A DNA stretch of 64,000 nucleotides, taken from a virus (taxonomy: Duplodnaviria; Caudoviricetes). Location: positions 914 to 64,913 of the IMG/VR virus record IMGVR_UViG_3300042691_035162; one strand, given 5' to 3'. The notes under the pieces are model-generated. The model worked only from the letters and a program-made list of their open reading frames with translations. It did no database searches and was not told the origin of the DNA. Shown in pieces: positions 47,821 to 58,139 of the stretch (position 1 is the stretch's first letter; every line of letters begins with the position of its first letter). Made by a program: the position numbers and the translations under genes.

Positions 47821-48534
47821 TCAGTTTGCCGAAATAAAATTAATCGTAAAAATTACAGATGGAATTTCTGGTCTGTTGGGGGCCGTGTTAACTGGATATT
47901 GTTCTAGGTAAACGTCAATATTGTCTGACCACCAGGCCAATTCCAAATAACTATTAATTGGATCTGTAATTGTAAAAATTCCAGTAATTGCTGGAACAAC
48001 ATGGCTCCAGATAGTGGCACTTTTTCTAGATGGGACATCAAAACGGGTATTGCTGGATGCAACATTGACTCCCGTATCCTTAAACCAGACCTCAAACTCT
48101 CCAGTGGAGTTACTACGATTAGTAACTTGAAGGGTAAAAGTGACAAGATAGTTTCCAGCACACGGGACGTAAATTTTTGAATTGTCTACAACACGTATTC
48201 CGTTTGTAATTGGAATATTGTTATAAGTAAGGATATTTTCACTAGTGATTCCGGCATTGGCTTGGTCAACTGTTGAAAAAAGTGTTGCGTGCGGCAATAA
48301 AATACCGTTAGATAATTGAAAGCCCCTTACACCTCCGGCAAATCCCCCGCCAGCGCCAGCTCCACCAAACCAACGTTGTGCCCCAGAGGTGGTCTCATCG
48401 ATTGTAGAGTTATAGGTGGAGTTTAACTGTAGAACAATCTGCTCGAGAGATCGGACTAACTGGTTAAACTTCTGCGGATCGTATACCGGCGACGCTGCCG
48501 CGTCAGGGAGACGAACGTTGAATATTTTGCTCAT
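47821..48534 (-). CDS. Tail-associated virion protein
   Basis: Coiled-coil N-terminus and beta-sandwich-like C-terminus. Confidence 0.55.
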   Translation of the reverse strand: MSKIFNVRLPDAAASPVYDPQKFNQLVRSLEQIVLQLNSTYNSTIDETTSGAQRWFGGAGAGGGFAGGVRGFQLSNGILLPHATLFSTVDQANAGITSENILTYNNIPITNGIRVVDNSKIYVPCAGNYLVTFTLQVTNRSNSTGEFEVWFKDTGVNVASSNTRFDVPSRKSATIWSHVVPAITGIFTITDPINSYLELAWWSDNIDVYLEQYPVNTAPNRPEIPSVIFTINFISAN

Positions 48535-50387
48535 CTCAACCCATCCGGCTGAATATCAACTCGCATTGTTCCAAATCGCCAATTTGTACTTAAATCATCG
48601 CTTTCTATCCTCAGGCTAATCTGACGACCTCTTGCTCTGGTATCTACTTTTTGGGTAGTTGGGGCAATAACGTACGGATCTAACGAAGAAGGTGCAGCAG
48701 AAGCCTGCGGGTATGGGCGAAGCAAAAGATGTACAGTTAAATCTCCGACCTGGTTCTTAAAGTCCGGAATAAACCGCTTCATGTACATCATGTTGTCGCC
48801 ATCGCCAATGTCAAAGTAGCCGGATTGGATATAGGCCAAAATAGGTTGGCCATTGGCGTTATAGCCCTGCTCATGCGAAAAAATTAATGTACGACCAGCA
48901 GTGAGGCCATAAATTGTGGAAATAGTAGGCTCATTGCTTAGCAATAAATACTCCGAAGCTAATGGCTTGTTATAAACGTTCACATCTCTCCAGGACGTCC
49001 TAGATAAAGATCCTGATGACCACACGTTTTCAAGATAGTTGTAAGTTACAAATCGATTTATATAATCAACTCCAGCAGAGCAATACCACCAAGTAACTTC
49101 GTTAAACTGCGAATTAACCCCAGCATGAAATTTAGTGGCTTGCGTCAAGTTTATGTCTTTAAATACATAGTCTTGAACGGTACAAGCAAGCTTTTTAACA
49201 GTACCATCAAAAGCATAAAACGCTTCTGGCCCCATCCAGAAAGCAAGACCATTTACATCCACTGCAGCATGTGGCCCGGTACAACCACAGTTTGCGCCAA
49301 GTTGTTGAAAACTAAACGTGTATGGCGGTCCTACGTACTGCATGCCATGCAATGACGTATCAGTAAAAATAAGGATCTGACCACGAGACCGAATTGCACT
49401 AATAATTCGACTTCCGTCACTTAAACGTTGACCACCTGCCGTATTTGTAGCGCTTTCTTGGAAGGTATTAATATCTTCTTGGTTGGAGAATCGAACAAAC
49501 ATCCTGTCTTGACTTGTTGGATCTCCAATAATTGTTTCTGTCCCAAAACATATTAGATGTCGGTCTGGGCTAGACACAAGAGCATATTCACTCTTTGTTG
49601 GCGCCCCAGAGATAAGTGTTGCGGGAGTTGTAATTCCAGCACTGGTGTCAAACAAAAAGGTTTGGCCATTAACTAATTGGCAAATTACGTCTTCGCCATA
49701 ATTGTCAAACTGCCATACCCGAGAGAATAGTTGTAGACCTGTGGTCACCGAAGTTCGGGGCGTTCCCCACGTTTCCTCACCCCACTTACCTGTTCCCCAA
49801 CCGTACCCAAAATAGCTAACGGCTGTGCCCACATTGATCTGATACGTACCAGTAGCAGAACCTGCTCCGAGGGCCGTGGACGTAGCAGCGTTTGGAACTA
49901 TGATTGTGTACTGGTTAGCGTTAAGTACTAACTGAATTTCAAATTCATTTGTTAAATCTGCGTTAGCAATACCACCAGGGTTTCCAGTTACTGCAGAAAA
50001 CTTAACAAAGTCTCCGTCAGTTGCTCCGTGGGCAGTATGATTCACTACTACGCTAGTAAACCCAGAAGTCGTATCAAAAGTAACTCCTGAAGCAGAGTAT
50101 CGGATCGGAGTAATGTCAGCCCATAAACCCCCACTGGAAGCATAAAGTTTGCGATTTGTTCCAACCATTAAGAAGGAAATTCCTTCTAGGTTGTTCCAAG
50201 TGAATATTTCACTGGCCATTCCTACTAAATAAACCGGGGTATTTTCAAACAATACCCAACCACCTAGTTTTTCCGGCAAGCCATAGCGAAAACGAATGTA
50301 ATCGCCATCGATCCAGCCGCCTTCAGCGCCGTATTCGGTGTTTTGCTTGTCGATGCCCGGTTTAAGGGCGAGTCTAAAATAAGCCAT
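48531..50387 (-). CDS. Tail tubular protein B / packaged-DNA stabilisation (nozzle) protein
   Basis: About 618 aa, beta-propeller-like; PGIDK...W.DGD..RFR.G.PEKLGGW; RARGRQ..LRI...WRFG..R.D..PDG.R. Confidence 0.75.
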   Translation of the reverse strand: MAYFRLALKPGIDKQNTEYGAEGGWIDGDYIRFRYGLPEKLGGWVLFENTPVYLVGMASEIFTWNNLEGISFLMVGTNRKLYASSGGLWADITPIRYSASGVTFDTTSGFTSVVVNHTAHGATDGDFVKFSAVTGNPGGIANADLTNEFEIQLVLNANQYTIIVPNAATSTALGAGSATGTYQINVGTAVSYFGYGWGTGKWGEETWGTPRTSVTTGLQLFSRVWQFDNYGEDVICQLVNGQTFLFDTSAGITTPATLISGAPTKSEYALVSSPDRHLICFGTETIIGDPTSQDRMFVRFSNQEDINTFQESATNTAGGQRLSDGSRIISAIRSRGQILIFTDTSLHGMQYVGPPYTFSFQQLGANCGCTGPHAAVDVNGLAFWMGPEAFYAFDGTVKKLACTVQDYVFKDINLTQATKFHAGVNSQFNEVTWWYCSAGVDYINRFVTYNYLENVWSSGSLSRTSWRDVNVYNKPLASEYLLLSNEPTISTIYGLTAGRTLIFSHEQGYNANGQPILAYIQSGYFDIGDGDNMMYMKRFIPDFKNQVGDLTVHLLLRPYPQASAAPSSLDPYVIAPTTQKVDTRARGRQISLRIESDDLSTNWRFGTMRVDIQPDGLR

Positions 50388-50389
50388 GA

Positions 50390-50896
50390 TCAACCCATAA
50401 ATAGTGCAACTTCAGCTTTGCGGCGACGCACCAATCCGGGCAGTTCTTTACCCCCGGCCTTGGTATACATCATAAAACCCTCGGCAATTTTTTCCAATGG
50501 TTCGTCCCGCAAAATTCGCTGCCGAAGCGTAGATCTTTGAAACCCGCCCACGCCTATGTTGTAGGAAAGAGCGATGCAAGCGTCAAACAAGCCTTGACGC
50601 CCAGATAAATTAGGGGCATTTCGAAGAACACCAAGCTCAAAACTTCTGAGGAGATTCTTGAAGCGTTCCTCCAGTTCTGCCTTGGGCCATACCCGATTGT
50701 GTTCTGGTGCAAGGGGAAACTCCTTTCTTAGCATTCCGGTATAGCCTTCTTGGCGTATCAGCGGTAACTTAATTTGTTCGTGATGAAGCATCTCGCCCCA
50801 GCCCACGCTCCACAGATGCGCCGGGCACAGGTAGGGCTTATCCCGATAGCCCTCAAACTGGTGCATTACGTGGATGCCGTTTTCAGACGTTTTCAT
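50390..50896 (-). CDS. Endolysin (GH24 lysozyme)
   Basis: FEGYRDKPYLCPAHLWSVGWG, FDA...SYNIG, LPGLVRRRKAE. Confidence 0.9.
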   Translation of the reverse strand: MKTSENGIHVMHQFEGYRDKPYLCPAHLWSVGWGEMLHHEQIKLPLIRQEGYTGMLRKEFPLAPEHNRVWPKAELEERFKNLLRSFELGVLRNAPNLSGRQGLFDACIALSYNIGVGGFQRSTLRQRILRDEPLEKIAEGFMMYTKAGGKELPGLVRRRKAEVALFMG

Positions 50897-51375
50897 TTCT
50901 TAAACGACTGCGACCCAAACCAGAATGCGATCACCGATGAGAAAATGATGGCCGAGTCCTCATCCCACAGAATTTGCATGGCCTGGTCAAAAGGCACCCC
51001 GGTTTTCCATGCGTAGAAAAACCCAAAGATATTCACAAAAAGCAGCATGCAAAACATACCGTAGGTGATGACCGGACGAACAGAGGCCCGCATATTGATT
51101 ACCCACTGGGAGGCCCCTTTTCCAATTTCTATGTCGTGGGCATACAGAGCTTGTCGTTCTTGCACCGCAGTCTGCATGGCAATCTGGTCTGTTCGGATTT
51201 CCTCGACCCTGGCCTGAGCGGCAAAACCAGCAGCCATCATTTTTAGTTCCCGCTCGGTCTGCATTTGAGCTAACTCCAGCTCATGCTTTTTATCTGAACG
51301 GTCTTGAAAGAAATCTAAAACCTTGGGCAGACCGCCCATCAAAAAGGAGATAAGAGTAGAAAGGAGGGTAATCAT
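50893..51375 (-). CDS. Holin (3TM type)
   Basis: DKKHELEL, RASVRPVITY, VIAFWFGS; adjacent to the endolysin. Confidence 0.75.
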   Translation of the reverse strand: MITLLSTLISFLMGGLPKVLDFFQDRSDKKHELELAQMQTERELKMMAAGFAAQARVEEIRTDQIAMQTAVQERQALYAHDIEIGKGASQWVINMRASVRPVITYGMFCMLLFVNIFGFFYAWKTGVPFDQAMQILWDEDSAIIFSSVIAFWFGSQSFKK

Positions 51376-51722
51376 TTTTGGTTCTCCATATTCACGGTGT
51401 CATCACCCTTACGAACGGTAACCTTGCCATCCTCAACATCCACCCGCATGGGAGGTTCCTTCTGGTCTAGTCTGGCAATTAGATTCTGGATCACCTGAAA
51501 CTCTGGTTTTTCTTCTTTGTCCTTGGTGCCGGTAATCCCGCCGATCATGGATATCAGGGCCATAATAACGCCAGAGGCCATACCAACAATCGGGGTAAGT
51601 GCCTCGGAGGAAAGTTGCATGGCTGAATAAATCACCATACCAACCATAAGCACGATAGCCGGGATACCTATAACCCCGATGACCTTACTGGCTAACTCTT
51701 TTGCTGTCTTTTCCATCACCAC
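51372..51722 (-). CDS. Two-TM membrane protein
   Basis: Two hydrophobic helices; in the lysis cluster. Confidence 0.55.
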   Translation of the reverse strand: MVMEKTAKELASKVIGVIGIPAIVLMVGMVIYSAMQLSSEALTPIVGMASGVIMALISMIGGITGTKDKEEKPEFQVIQNLIARLDQKEPPMRVDVEDGKVTVRKGDDTVNMENQK

Positions 51723-52174
51723 ACCTTTATGACTTTAAGGATAAAATAAATAAACGCAGAAGCGGCTATTAAAACCAACCATTCGTTTCTACTTGCTACA
51801 CGATCTGAGTCGTACTCCTTTTGCAATTCTTTTCTTTCCTTGCGAAGTTGTACTTCTAGATCTTCCACTTCCTGTACTGCCCGTCTGCCAAACTCTTTTT
51901 CAATAATTTTGTAGGCGTCGGTTTTTTGACGACGTATGTTTGCCAAAATGCGATACTCGTTTATGGCATCAATAAACATCATGTCCCCGCGCCGCTGAAC
52001 CTCTTGTTGCTTCTTGCGCCACGCCACGCGGGCACGGGCCTCTTCGTCCAGAAAAGCGTTTACTTCTTTGGCCGTTTCTTTGATGTCACGCCCAGCCTTG
52101 ATGGCTTCTCTAATGCCGCCAAGAGCCCCTTGGACTACTTTAGACGGATCAACGGGATCGGGTAGTTGGCTCAT
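51716..52174 (-). CDS. Coiled-coil protein with C-terminal TM helix
   Basis: Start refined to MSQLPDPVD. Confidence 0.55.
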   Translation of the reverse strand: MSQLPDPVDPSKVVQGALGGIREAIKAGRDIKETAKEVNAFLDEEARARVAWRKKQQEVQRRGDMMFIDAINEYRILANIRRQKTDAYKIIEKEFGRRAVQEVEDLEVQLRKERKELQKEYDSDRVASRNEWLVLIAASAFIYFILKVIKVW

Positions 52175-52321
52175 TACCACCAAGTCCATACAAAAAGAGA
52201 CAGGGCAATACCTCCCGCTAAAAGACCCAGGAAAGTAAATGCCCAAAATCCCATCACAGCACCAAGATTATGAGTGCCGCAGCAATAACCGCTGCCCCAA
52301 AAAGAAAGATGTTTCGGCTAA

Positions 52322-52495
52322 CTACTTCATCTTTTTTAGGGTTTGCGCTAACCGGGCTCTCTTGCCCAGTTTGCCCGGTTTTTTTGCTGCGGCTGCGAGC
52401 TTTTTTGCAGGAATTGGTTTTCCTTTCTTTGCTCCCAGCGACTTACGCAGCGAACCAGGCTTTGATACCGCCTCTTTGATCCACTTTTCAGCCAT
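52322..52495 (-). CDS. Small basic protein (57 aa)
   Basis: Manual translation MAEKWIKEAVSKPGSLRKSLGAKKGKPIPAKKL...RARLAQTLKKMK; GAGGAG RBS. Confidence 0.65.
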   Translation of the reverse strand: MAEKWIKEAVSKPGSLRKSLGAKKGKPIPAKKLAAAAKKPGKLGKRARLAQTLKKMK

Positions 52496-52505
52496 GTTTT
52501 TCTCC

Positions 52506-53096
52506 TCAGGCGAACTCTGTCCATCCGGTCAGGATGTACTTGACGCCAGATAACGGTGGGTTACCACGATGGGCCCACGGATAGTTTGAAGGAAATATTA
52601 CTAATCGACCCTTTTTAGGGGCGACGCGCATGGACTGGTACAAAAATTCTGTTTCCCCGCCTTCCTCAACATCGTTGAGATAGAGGATGTACACGCCAAT
52701 GCGAAACGCGTGAGACTTGGTTCCGTCTTCGGAATGCCAAACGTGGTATCCACCACTGGGCAAGGTCTTTTGGACCTTGTAAGTATAAATAGTATGCTTA
52801 TCGTAATCCAATAAGACACTGTAGTTTTCTAGATATTCTTTATAACATTGGGACCAAAACTTGTCATTAAAGTCGCATATAAAATTTTGTATATTCGGGT
52901 AAGAGAAATTTATTTCCGAATAGTCAGCGGGATTTAATATCGTAGAGTCATCTTTTTTAACACGTTCTTCTTCCGGGCGGGCGTACGTACGGTTGTTCTT
53001 TTGGCACCACTCAAAATATTCAATGAGTTGGTCGCACATCTGCTCCGAGATTGCGTTGTCGTATATGCCAACAAAATTTTGATACGTTGATTTCAT
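52506..53096 (-). CDS. 2OG-Fe(II) oxygenase (prolyl-hydroxylase-like)
   Basis: GGYHVWHSE, YILYLNDVEEGGETEF, PWAHRGNPP..G.KYILTGW. Confidence 0.88.
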   Translation of the reverse strand: MKSTYQNFVGIYDNAISEQMCDQLIEYFEWCQKNNRTYARPEEERVKKDDSTILNPADYSEINFSYPNIQNFICDFNDKFWSQCYKEYLENYSVLLDYDKHTIYTYKVQKTLPSGGYHVWHSEDGTKSHAFRIGVYILYLNDVEEGGETEFLYQSMRVAPKKGRLVIFPSNYPWAHRGNPPLSGVKYILTGWTEFA

Positions 53097-53701
53097 TTGA
53101 ATGCCGGCCCACAAACCCAGACAACGATGGTTCTACGAATTCCGCTAGTAACTGGGGTAACCCTATGCAACACATAGCTAGGAAACCCAACGACTAACCC
53201 CCTTTGCTTCAACACTTTTGTTGGTGTAGACATAGTATACAGTTCCAAGTCTCCACCTTCATACTCTTCTGGATCGCTTAATTGAAGCACCAGGGAAAAT
53301 TTTCTTGGCGGCGAAGATGTCCCACTTACACCGCTATCTGTATGCCAAGAATAGTGTCCGTTAGTAGAACTTTCGTAAACCGTGTATTGAAGATCCTCAC
53401 TAAACCCATATAGGTCAAACTTGTAAAACTGACCGTTCAGTTGCCTAGCAATGTATGCCAAGCGATCGTAAATCCATTGAGACTCAGAGTTCAAACCAAT
53501 CCAAGCCACCTTTGACTCTCGTATCTCAGAGATATCTTCTTTCGTATCTACAGAACCAATAGTTCCTTTATTTACTGGTAATGAATCGCAGTAAGCAACT
53601 AATTTTTCAAGTTCCTCCGAGCTAAACCCATTTTCCCAAGTAGTAAAAGGATGCTCTGAAACTCCAAATGTAGGGGCTGGGGCAAAAATGTAGTTGGCCA
53701 T
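53093..53701 (-). CDS. 2OG-Fe(II) oxygenase (prolyl-hydroxylase-like)
   Basis: HYSWHTD, RKFSLVLQLSDPEEYEGGDL, FPSYVLHRVTPVTSG.RR. Confidence 0.88.
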   Translation of the reverse strand: MANYIFAPAPTFGVSEHPFTTWENGFSSEELEKLVAYCDSLPVNKGTIGSVDTKEDISEIRESKVAWIGLNSESQWIYDRLAYIARQLNGQFYKFDLYGFSEDLQYTVYESSTNGHYSWHTDSGVSGTSSPPRKFSLVLQLSDPEEYEGGDLELYTMSTPTKVLKQRGLVVGFPSYVLHRVTPVTSGIRRTIVVWVCGPAFK

Positions 53702-55146
53702 TACTGCCTATTCCAGGAAACTATGACTTGTCCTGGAGTGACTCCGCCCCCAACCGTGACCGTCACATTTTGTCTAGAGTTAAAGTTCGTGTTGGTATTA
53801 ACCGTCGGTGCCACATTAGAGCCAGGCTGCCCTGCTCCTCCCGCTTTCCCGGGCCAGGTATTTGGTGCGGCAGCGCCAGGTTGCCCAAGAGTTGCCCCTG
53901 TGCCGCCAGGGCCTTGACCTCCTGGGCTTCCTGGATCTCCCTGTGTTCCAGGATTTCCATTTTGACCGTCTTTCCCAGGCCAAAAACCAGGGGCAGCGTT
54001 TCCAGCGCCCCCTGCGTTTCCGCCTCCCCCTCCGCCAGGGGAATAAACTGTAATGTTTCCGGGGTTTGCTGCCGTTAACGTCCAGGTATTACCCGGGCCC
54101 CCATTGCCGCCAGAACCTCCACCGCCAGTATTGCCCGATCCTCCGGGACTTCCGGGGAAGGTTCCAGTATCTCCGGTATTAACAAATGCAGGGCCAAAAG
54201 CAAGTGGTCCTTGGTACCCGCTTGAGCCACCATTACCAAAGGATCCAGCATCTCCTCCTGGGCCTGCTACTCCGTTGTTCCCATCAGTTCCCGCGTTACC
54301 GGGTTGACCAGAAAAGCCCGTCCCGCCCGGTAGTCCAGGATTACCCGCCACACCCGCCGGTCCACCAGCCCCTCCTGGTCCACCAACACCGGCTGTTCCG
54401 CCCGGGCCGCCAGGTAAAGGCGCAGCAGAAAAGTTTATGTTCCCAAAAGCTGAGGGATTACCCGCATTACCTGGAGTTCCTGGCTGCCCAGCAGTTCCTG
54501 GCGTCCCAGAAGGTCCGGTTGCTCCTACGGTTCCGTTAGCCCCATCTTTTCCTGGCCAAGTATTCGGGGGATTCCCCCCAGTAGCGCCCGTGCCACCAAC
54601 TCCGCCCAAAGTCCTTCCAAACCCAGCACTGCCCGAACTCCCGGCATTTCCTGAGTTACCGGACCCACCCGAAGCAGAAAAATTTCCTCCTCCGCCCCCG
54701 CTTCCACCACCGGGAATGCTTGCTCCGGGGTTTCCTGCGGTTCCTGCAGAACCTCCACCGCTAGAGTTATAACTAGCTGTTCCAGAAGCGATTGGAAAAA
54801 GCGTTCCGCCACCGCCACCACCTCCCCCGCCCCCGGGAGTTCCAGAGGATCCGGAATTCCCCGGGTTGCCGGCAAGACCACGTGGTCCCCCCAGACCTCC
54901 CTGGCCCCCTACGCCTCCGGGGCCACCTACTCCATTAGTGCCATCGTTTCCTTTAGCCCCGCTTTGCCCAGGTTGACCGTCCGTTCCCGGCGCTCCGGGA
55001 GAACCAACATTACCTGCGCCAGAGCGGGCTGCAATGGAAGCCGTGCTTACGCCGAATGGAGCTTCAAAGGTTCCACTAACGTTGAACGTGACAGAACCCG
55101 CAGGAGCAATCGTTCTGCGTAGTTCAGATCTAAAAGCCAAGGGCAT
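53701..55146 (-). CDS. Collagen-like / glycine-rich fibre protein
   Basis: Long Gly-X-Y runs with frequent Pro; three WPGK motifs. Confidence 0.8.
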   Translation of the reverse strand: MPLAFRSELRRTIAPAGSVTFNVSGTFEAPFGVSTASIAARSGAGNVGSPGAPGTDGQPGQSGAKGNDGTNGVGGPGGVGGQGGLGGPRGLAGNPGNSGSSGTPGGGGGGGGGGTLFPIASGTASYNSSGGGSAGTAGNPGASIPGGGSGGGGGNFSASGGSGNSGNAGSSGSAGFGRTLGGVGGTGATGGNPPNTWPGKDGANGTVGATGPSGTPGTAGQPGTPGNAGNPSAFGNINFSAAPLPGGPGGTAGVGGPGGAGGPAGVAGNPGLPGGTGFSGQPGNAGTDGNNGVAGPGGDAGSFGNGGSSGYQGPLAFGPAFVNTGDTGTFPGSPGGSGNTGGGGSGGNGGPGNTWTLTAANPGNITVYSPGGGGGGNAGGAGNAAPGFWPGKDGQNGNPGTQGDPGSPGGQGPGGTGATLGQPGAAAPNTWPGKAGGAGQPGSNVAPTVNTNTNFNSRQNVTVTVGGGVTPGQVIVSWNRQ

Positions 55147-55158
55147 ATGACTACCCTA

Positions 55159-55482
55159 CTAAGCGTTTTTAACCGCCAACTGCACAAAGTTTCCGCTTTG
55201 CAGATCAGCGACCGTTTTTGCAAATTTGCGCGGATACTGGGACGGAGCAAGGTCCATATCAATTTCTGTATATACAACAAATGGAAACTTATCAAAAGTT
55301 TCTCCGGGCCACCAAGTGCTTAAGGCGCTAAATAAGTTTGCATGCTGTGAATCGTCTGCATACATCATCAGCCGAAACTTGATCTTGTTATCCGTTAGGA
55401 ATTTTTTCATTTCCCAACATGCCTGTGCATCTTCGGTAACTGCAACATACAGATCAACATCATCAATTTTAGTAGTAGCCAT
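55159..55482 (-). CDS. Glutaredoxin-fold-like small protein
   Basis: CWEMKKFL...FPFVVY; single Cys, no CxxC. Confidence 0.5.
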   Translation of the reverse strand: MATTKIDDVDLYVAVTEDAQACWEMKKFLTDNKIKFRLMMYADDSQHANLFSALSTWWPGETFDKFPFVVYTEIDMDLAPSQYPRKFAKTVADLQSGNFVQLAVKNA

Positions 55483-55493
55483 AAATTACTCCA

Positions 55494-56462
55494 TTACGAA
55501 ACGTCAGCCATGGCAAACGTGCCAAACCAAAATGAACCACCGTTAACGGTGAAAAAAGTAAGTACATCAATATCGTTAGCGCCGGTAGATAGCGTTGGCG
55601 GTAAAGCATTTGAGTATTTTGCGTTGGTAAAGGTTGCGGTCCTGTTACCTACGCCGTCTTGTCTTAAGATTATCGTCACAGAGCGAGAAACTCCCGCAGG
55701 CGGGGGATTAGTAAAAGTAAACGTAACGTTATTACCGAGCGTTATATCAAAGATGTTTGACAGAGAAAGGTCTATGTCATACGTAGTCGTAGCAATAGAC
55801 GCTGTTGTAACCTCTTCCGAGTAAGCCTTTAAACGGCCTGTGTATGTTGTACTGGTCAATGCGCCGGTGCCTGGAACATATGTTAGTCCAGCAGAATCAC
55901 TAATCGTACCGCTAGCACCGACAATTGCCACCCGGCCAGAAGTCAGCGTTGATCCACGCAGGCCGGCCGCTGTGAGATTCGTTCCATCAAAAGTCAAGTT
56001 TGCAGAGCCAGCCAAGGCTCCACTTGCGTTGTACTGAACCTGGGTGTTGGCACCACCGGCTGAAGCACCGACCTGCACAAAGTCTAACCCATTCCATGCA
56101 ACCAAAGCTTTACTCGCCACTGGAATGGTAACGCCTGTAGTCGCTGCCGCCTTAATTACAACCGCTGCATTGGACTCGTTAATTACAATGTAGGCTTTTG
56201 ACTTGTTTGGAGCAATAATGTTTCGGGTTACGCCAGGAGATCCGGTGGCGATTAAAATGGCGCATCGCGCTTGGTTCGCGGCCCCTAAACCCGTAGTAGT
56301 CAAAGTCCAGTCACCTGCCGAGACAGAGTCTGTTGCAACACCGGCAACGGAGTCTTCTACCAGTTGGGTAATGCTGTTGTTTACAACCGAACCCCAGGTA
56401 TTTGGTAACTCCCCGGTAGTTGGCAGTGCAAAGCCCAACAGAGTCGTATAGTTAGTCGCCAT
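55494..56462 (-). CDS. Tail fibre-like virion protein
   Basis: LALPTTGE...TWG..VN N-terminus, GGANTQVQYN repeat, C-terminal IILRQDGVG.R...PTLST...DVLTF. Confidence 0.7.
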   Translation of the reverse strand: MATNYTTLLGFALPTTGELPNTWGSVVNNSITQLVEDSVAGVATDSVSAGDWTLTTTGLGAANQARCAILIATGSPGVTRNIIAPNKSKAYIVINESNAAVVIKAAATTGVTIPVASKALVAWNGLDFVQVGASAGGANTQVQYNASGALAGSANLTFDGTNLTAAGLRGSTLTSGRVAIVGASGTISDSAGLTYVPGTGALTSTTYTGRLKAYSEEVTTASIATTTYDIDLSLSNIFDITLGNNVTFTFTNPPPAGVSRSVTIILRQDGVGNRTATFTNAKYSNALPPTLSTGANDIDVLTFFTVNGGSFWFGTFAMADVS

Positions 56463-56486
56463 ATTTTTTTCCTTTAAACCCTAACC

Positions 56487-57437
56487 TCAGTGAATAATCT
56501 CCGTCCAATCCGGGGTCTCTGAATCATCAACATCCGTCCAAATTGTTGGTGGTGTAGCAATAGGTGCCCAACCTGTGGTCTGAGCATTATCCACAACAGC
56601 CCAAATCCCGGTCTGCGAATCGTTAACATCTACCCAATCTGGAACTTGCGGGTCAGGGACATCTCCCCATACTAGCACGTTGGATATCGTAATAATAGCC
56701 TGCTGGCCTACAAGAACCGCCGTAGCGCCACCGGCCGCCGTAACGTCTCCCGAAGAGATAAACATCGGCTGGCCGTTGGGCCTTGCATACGTCGTAATCT
56801 TTACGGCAACGCTGTTCAGGAATGATGCAATCTCTTCGCCAGTAAGTTGTGTATTGGCATCTGCCGAGGCGGCCAAAGAGGAGATTGCAGATACGAGTTG
56901 CTGCGTCGTCAACGTTGCCGTTGCGTTGGCCTTGGCCACCAAACTGCTTTGCAACATCTGCAGTTGTTCGCCAGTGATCGTTCCAGTGGCATTGGCCTTG
57001 GCAATAACAGAAGACAGGGCTGTCGCAAACTGTTCGCCGGTTATGGGGACGTTGGCCTTGGCGGATACAGCCAAATTCTCCTGCAGCGCACTTAGGGTTT
57101 GCCCTAATAGCCGGACAGCGATCGTTATCTTGATCGTGCCCGTGTAAATATTTAACAACTCGCCAGTTAGGGTAGTCGAAGCCTTGGCGTCAATCGAAAC
57201 GCTGGAGAGGAAAGACTGGATCTGCTCGCCAGTTAAGCGGTACCCAGAATTAGTGGTGAATTGGCCAGTAGCGAAATTGGCCTCTTGACCGAACAACTCA
57301 ACGTACGACCCAGCGGCAGCATCGATCGGGATTTGGATTAGCGTTAGTTCTTGCCCCGTCAGGGTCGCGAGCGCGGGTACGCCTGTCTTCGGGATCGAAG
57401 CAAACGGGACGCGGGCGAATGGGGCGAAACCGAACAT
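56487..57437 (-). CDS. Virion protein with LTGEQ repeats
   Basis: MFGFAPFA..PFA N-terminus; ~22-aa TGEQ repeats; Trp-spaced C-terminus. Confidence 0.65.
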   Translation of the reverse strand: MFGFAPFARVPFASIPKTGVPALATLTGQELTLIQIPIDAAAGSYVELFGQEANFATGQFTTNSGYRLTGEQIQSFLSSVSIDAKASTTLTGELLNIYTGTIKITIAVRLLGQTLSALQENLAVSAKANVPITGEQFATALSSVIAKANATGTITGEQLQMLQSSLVAKANATATLTTQQLVSAISSLAASADANTQLTGEEIASFLNSVAVKITTYARPNGQPMFISSGDVTAAGGATAVLVGQQAIITISNVLVWGDVPDPQVPDWVDVNDSQTGIWAVVDNAQTTGWAPIATPPTIWTDVDDSETPDWTEIIH

Positions 57438-57455
57438 TACTTACCTAGCGCGTAA

Positions 57456-58139
57456 TTAGCCAACATTGACAGGAGCAGTTCCACGTGAAACCTCTGGAAA
57501 AAGACAATCTTCGATAAACCGTTTGACCTCTGCCTCATCCAGACCAAGTGCCGACATCACCTTAGGCGTATGCGGGTTCTTTTTCTGGTTTTGGCAGTAC
57601 CAATCCTGGGCCTCGGTGAAATCCACCCCACACGAGACTTCCCCTACATTTTCCAAGTAATAGTCAAGGTTAGCAATCACTAACTGCAGTAATCTCGAAA
57701 GTTCCTCTTCATCGGAAATGTTGCCGGCAGCCACCATGGAATCGCTAAATATTGCTTTGGCCCAGTCCGGCAGTTGACGGACCTTGGACCACGAGTTTTT
57801 ACTGACACGGACCTTGAACCAATCCAGCATGGGGTGTGATTGAGCTACCGGGCTAAAGTCATGAAATGCCCCGGTCACCTTGTTTGGCCCGGCAATGATG
57901 TCAAACCCAAAGATAGGTGCCGGATCGTCGGTGTGGGGGAACACCGTTAGATGAAGCATGTACAACTTCTTGGTATCCCTGGCATCAACAATATCCAGGT
58001 GTGCGCGGCGGAAATTAAGTCCGGTGTAGACATAATTAGGCCAAGAAAACTGGTGACCTTCGTCTAACGGGGTAAATCTAGCTATACGAGCGTGGAGTTT
58101 TGTTTCTGCGGCTTCAAGTTGCTGGAATATCGTAGGCAT
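57456..58139 (-). CDS. pcyX: Ferredoxin-dependent bilin reductase (PcyX/PcyA-like)
   Basis: FRRAHLDIVDAR...HLTVFP...PIFGFDIIAG..KVTGAFHDFSP...LPDWAKAIFS...Q..YC.NQKKNPHT; adjacent to heme oxygenase. Confidence 0.85.
   Translation of the reverse strand: MPTIFQQLEAAETKLHARIARFTPLDEGHQFSWPNYVYTGLNFRRAHLDIVDARDTKKLYMLHLTVFPHTDDPAPIFGFDIIAGPNKVTGAFHDFSPVAQSHPMLDWFKVRVSKNSWSKVRQLPDWAKAIFSDSMVAAGNISDEEELSRLLQLVIANLDYYLENVGEVSCGVDFTEAQDWYCQNQKKNPHTPKVMSALGLDEAEVKRFIEDCLFPEVSRGTAPVNVG

Noticed and set aside
53701-55146. GGN-rich periodic DNA as a second guide array
   Set aside because: The periodicity is 3 or 9 nt and explained by Gly-X-Y codons.
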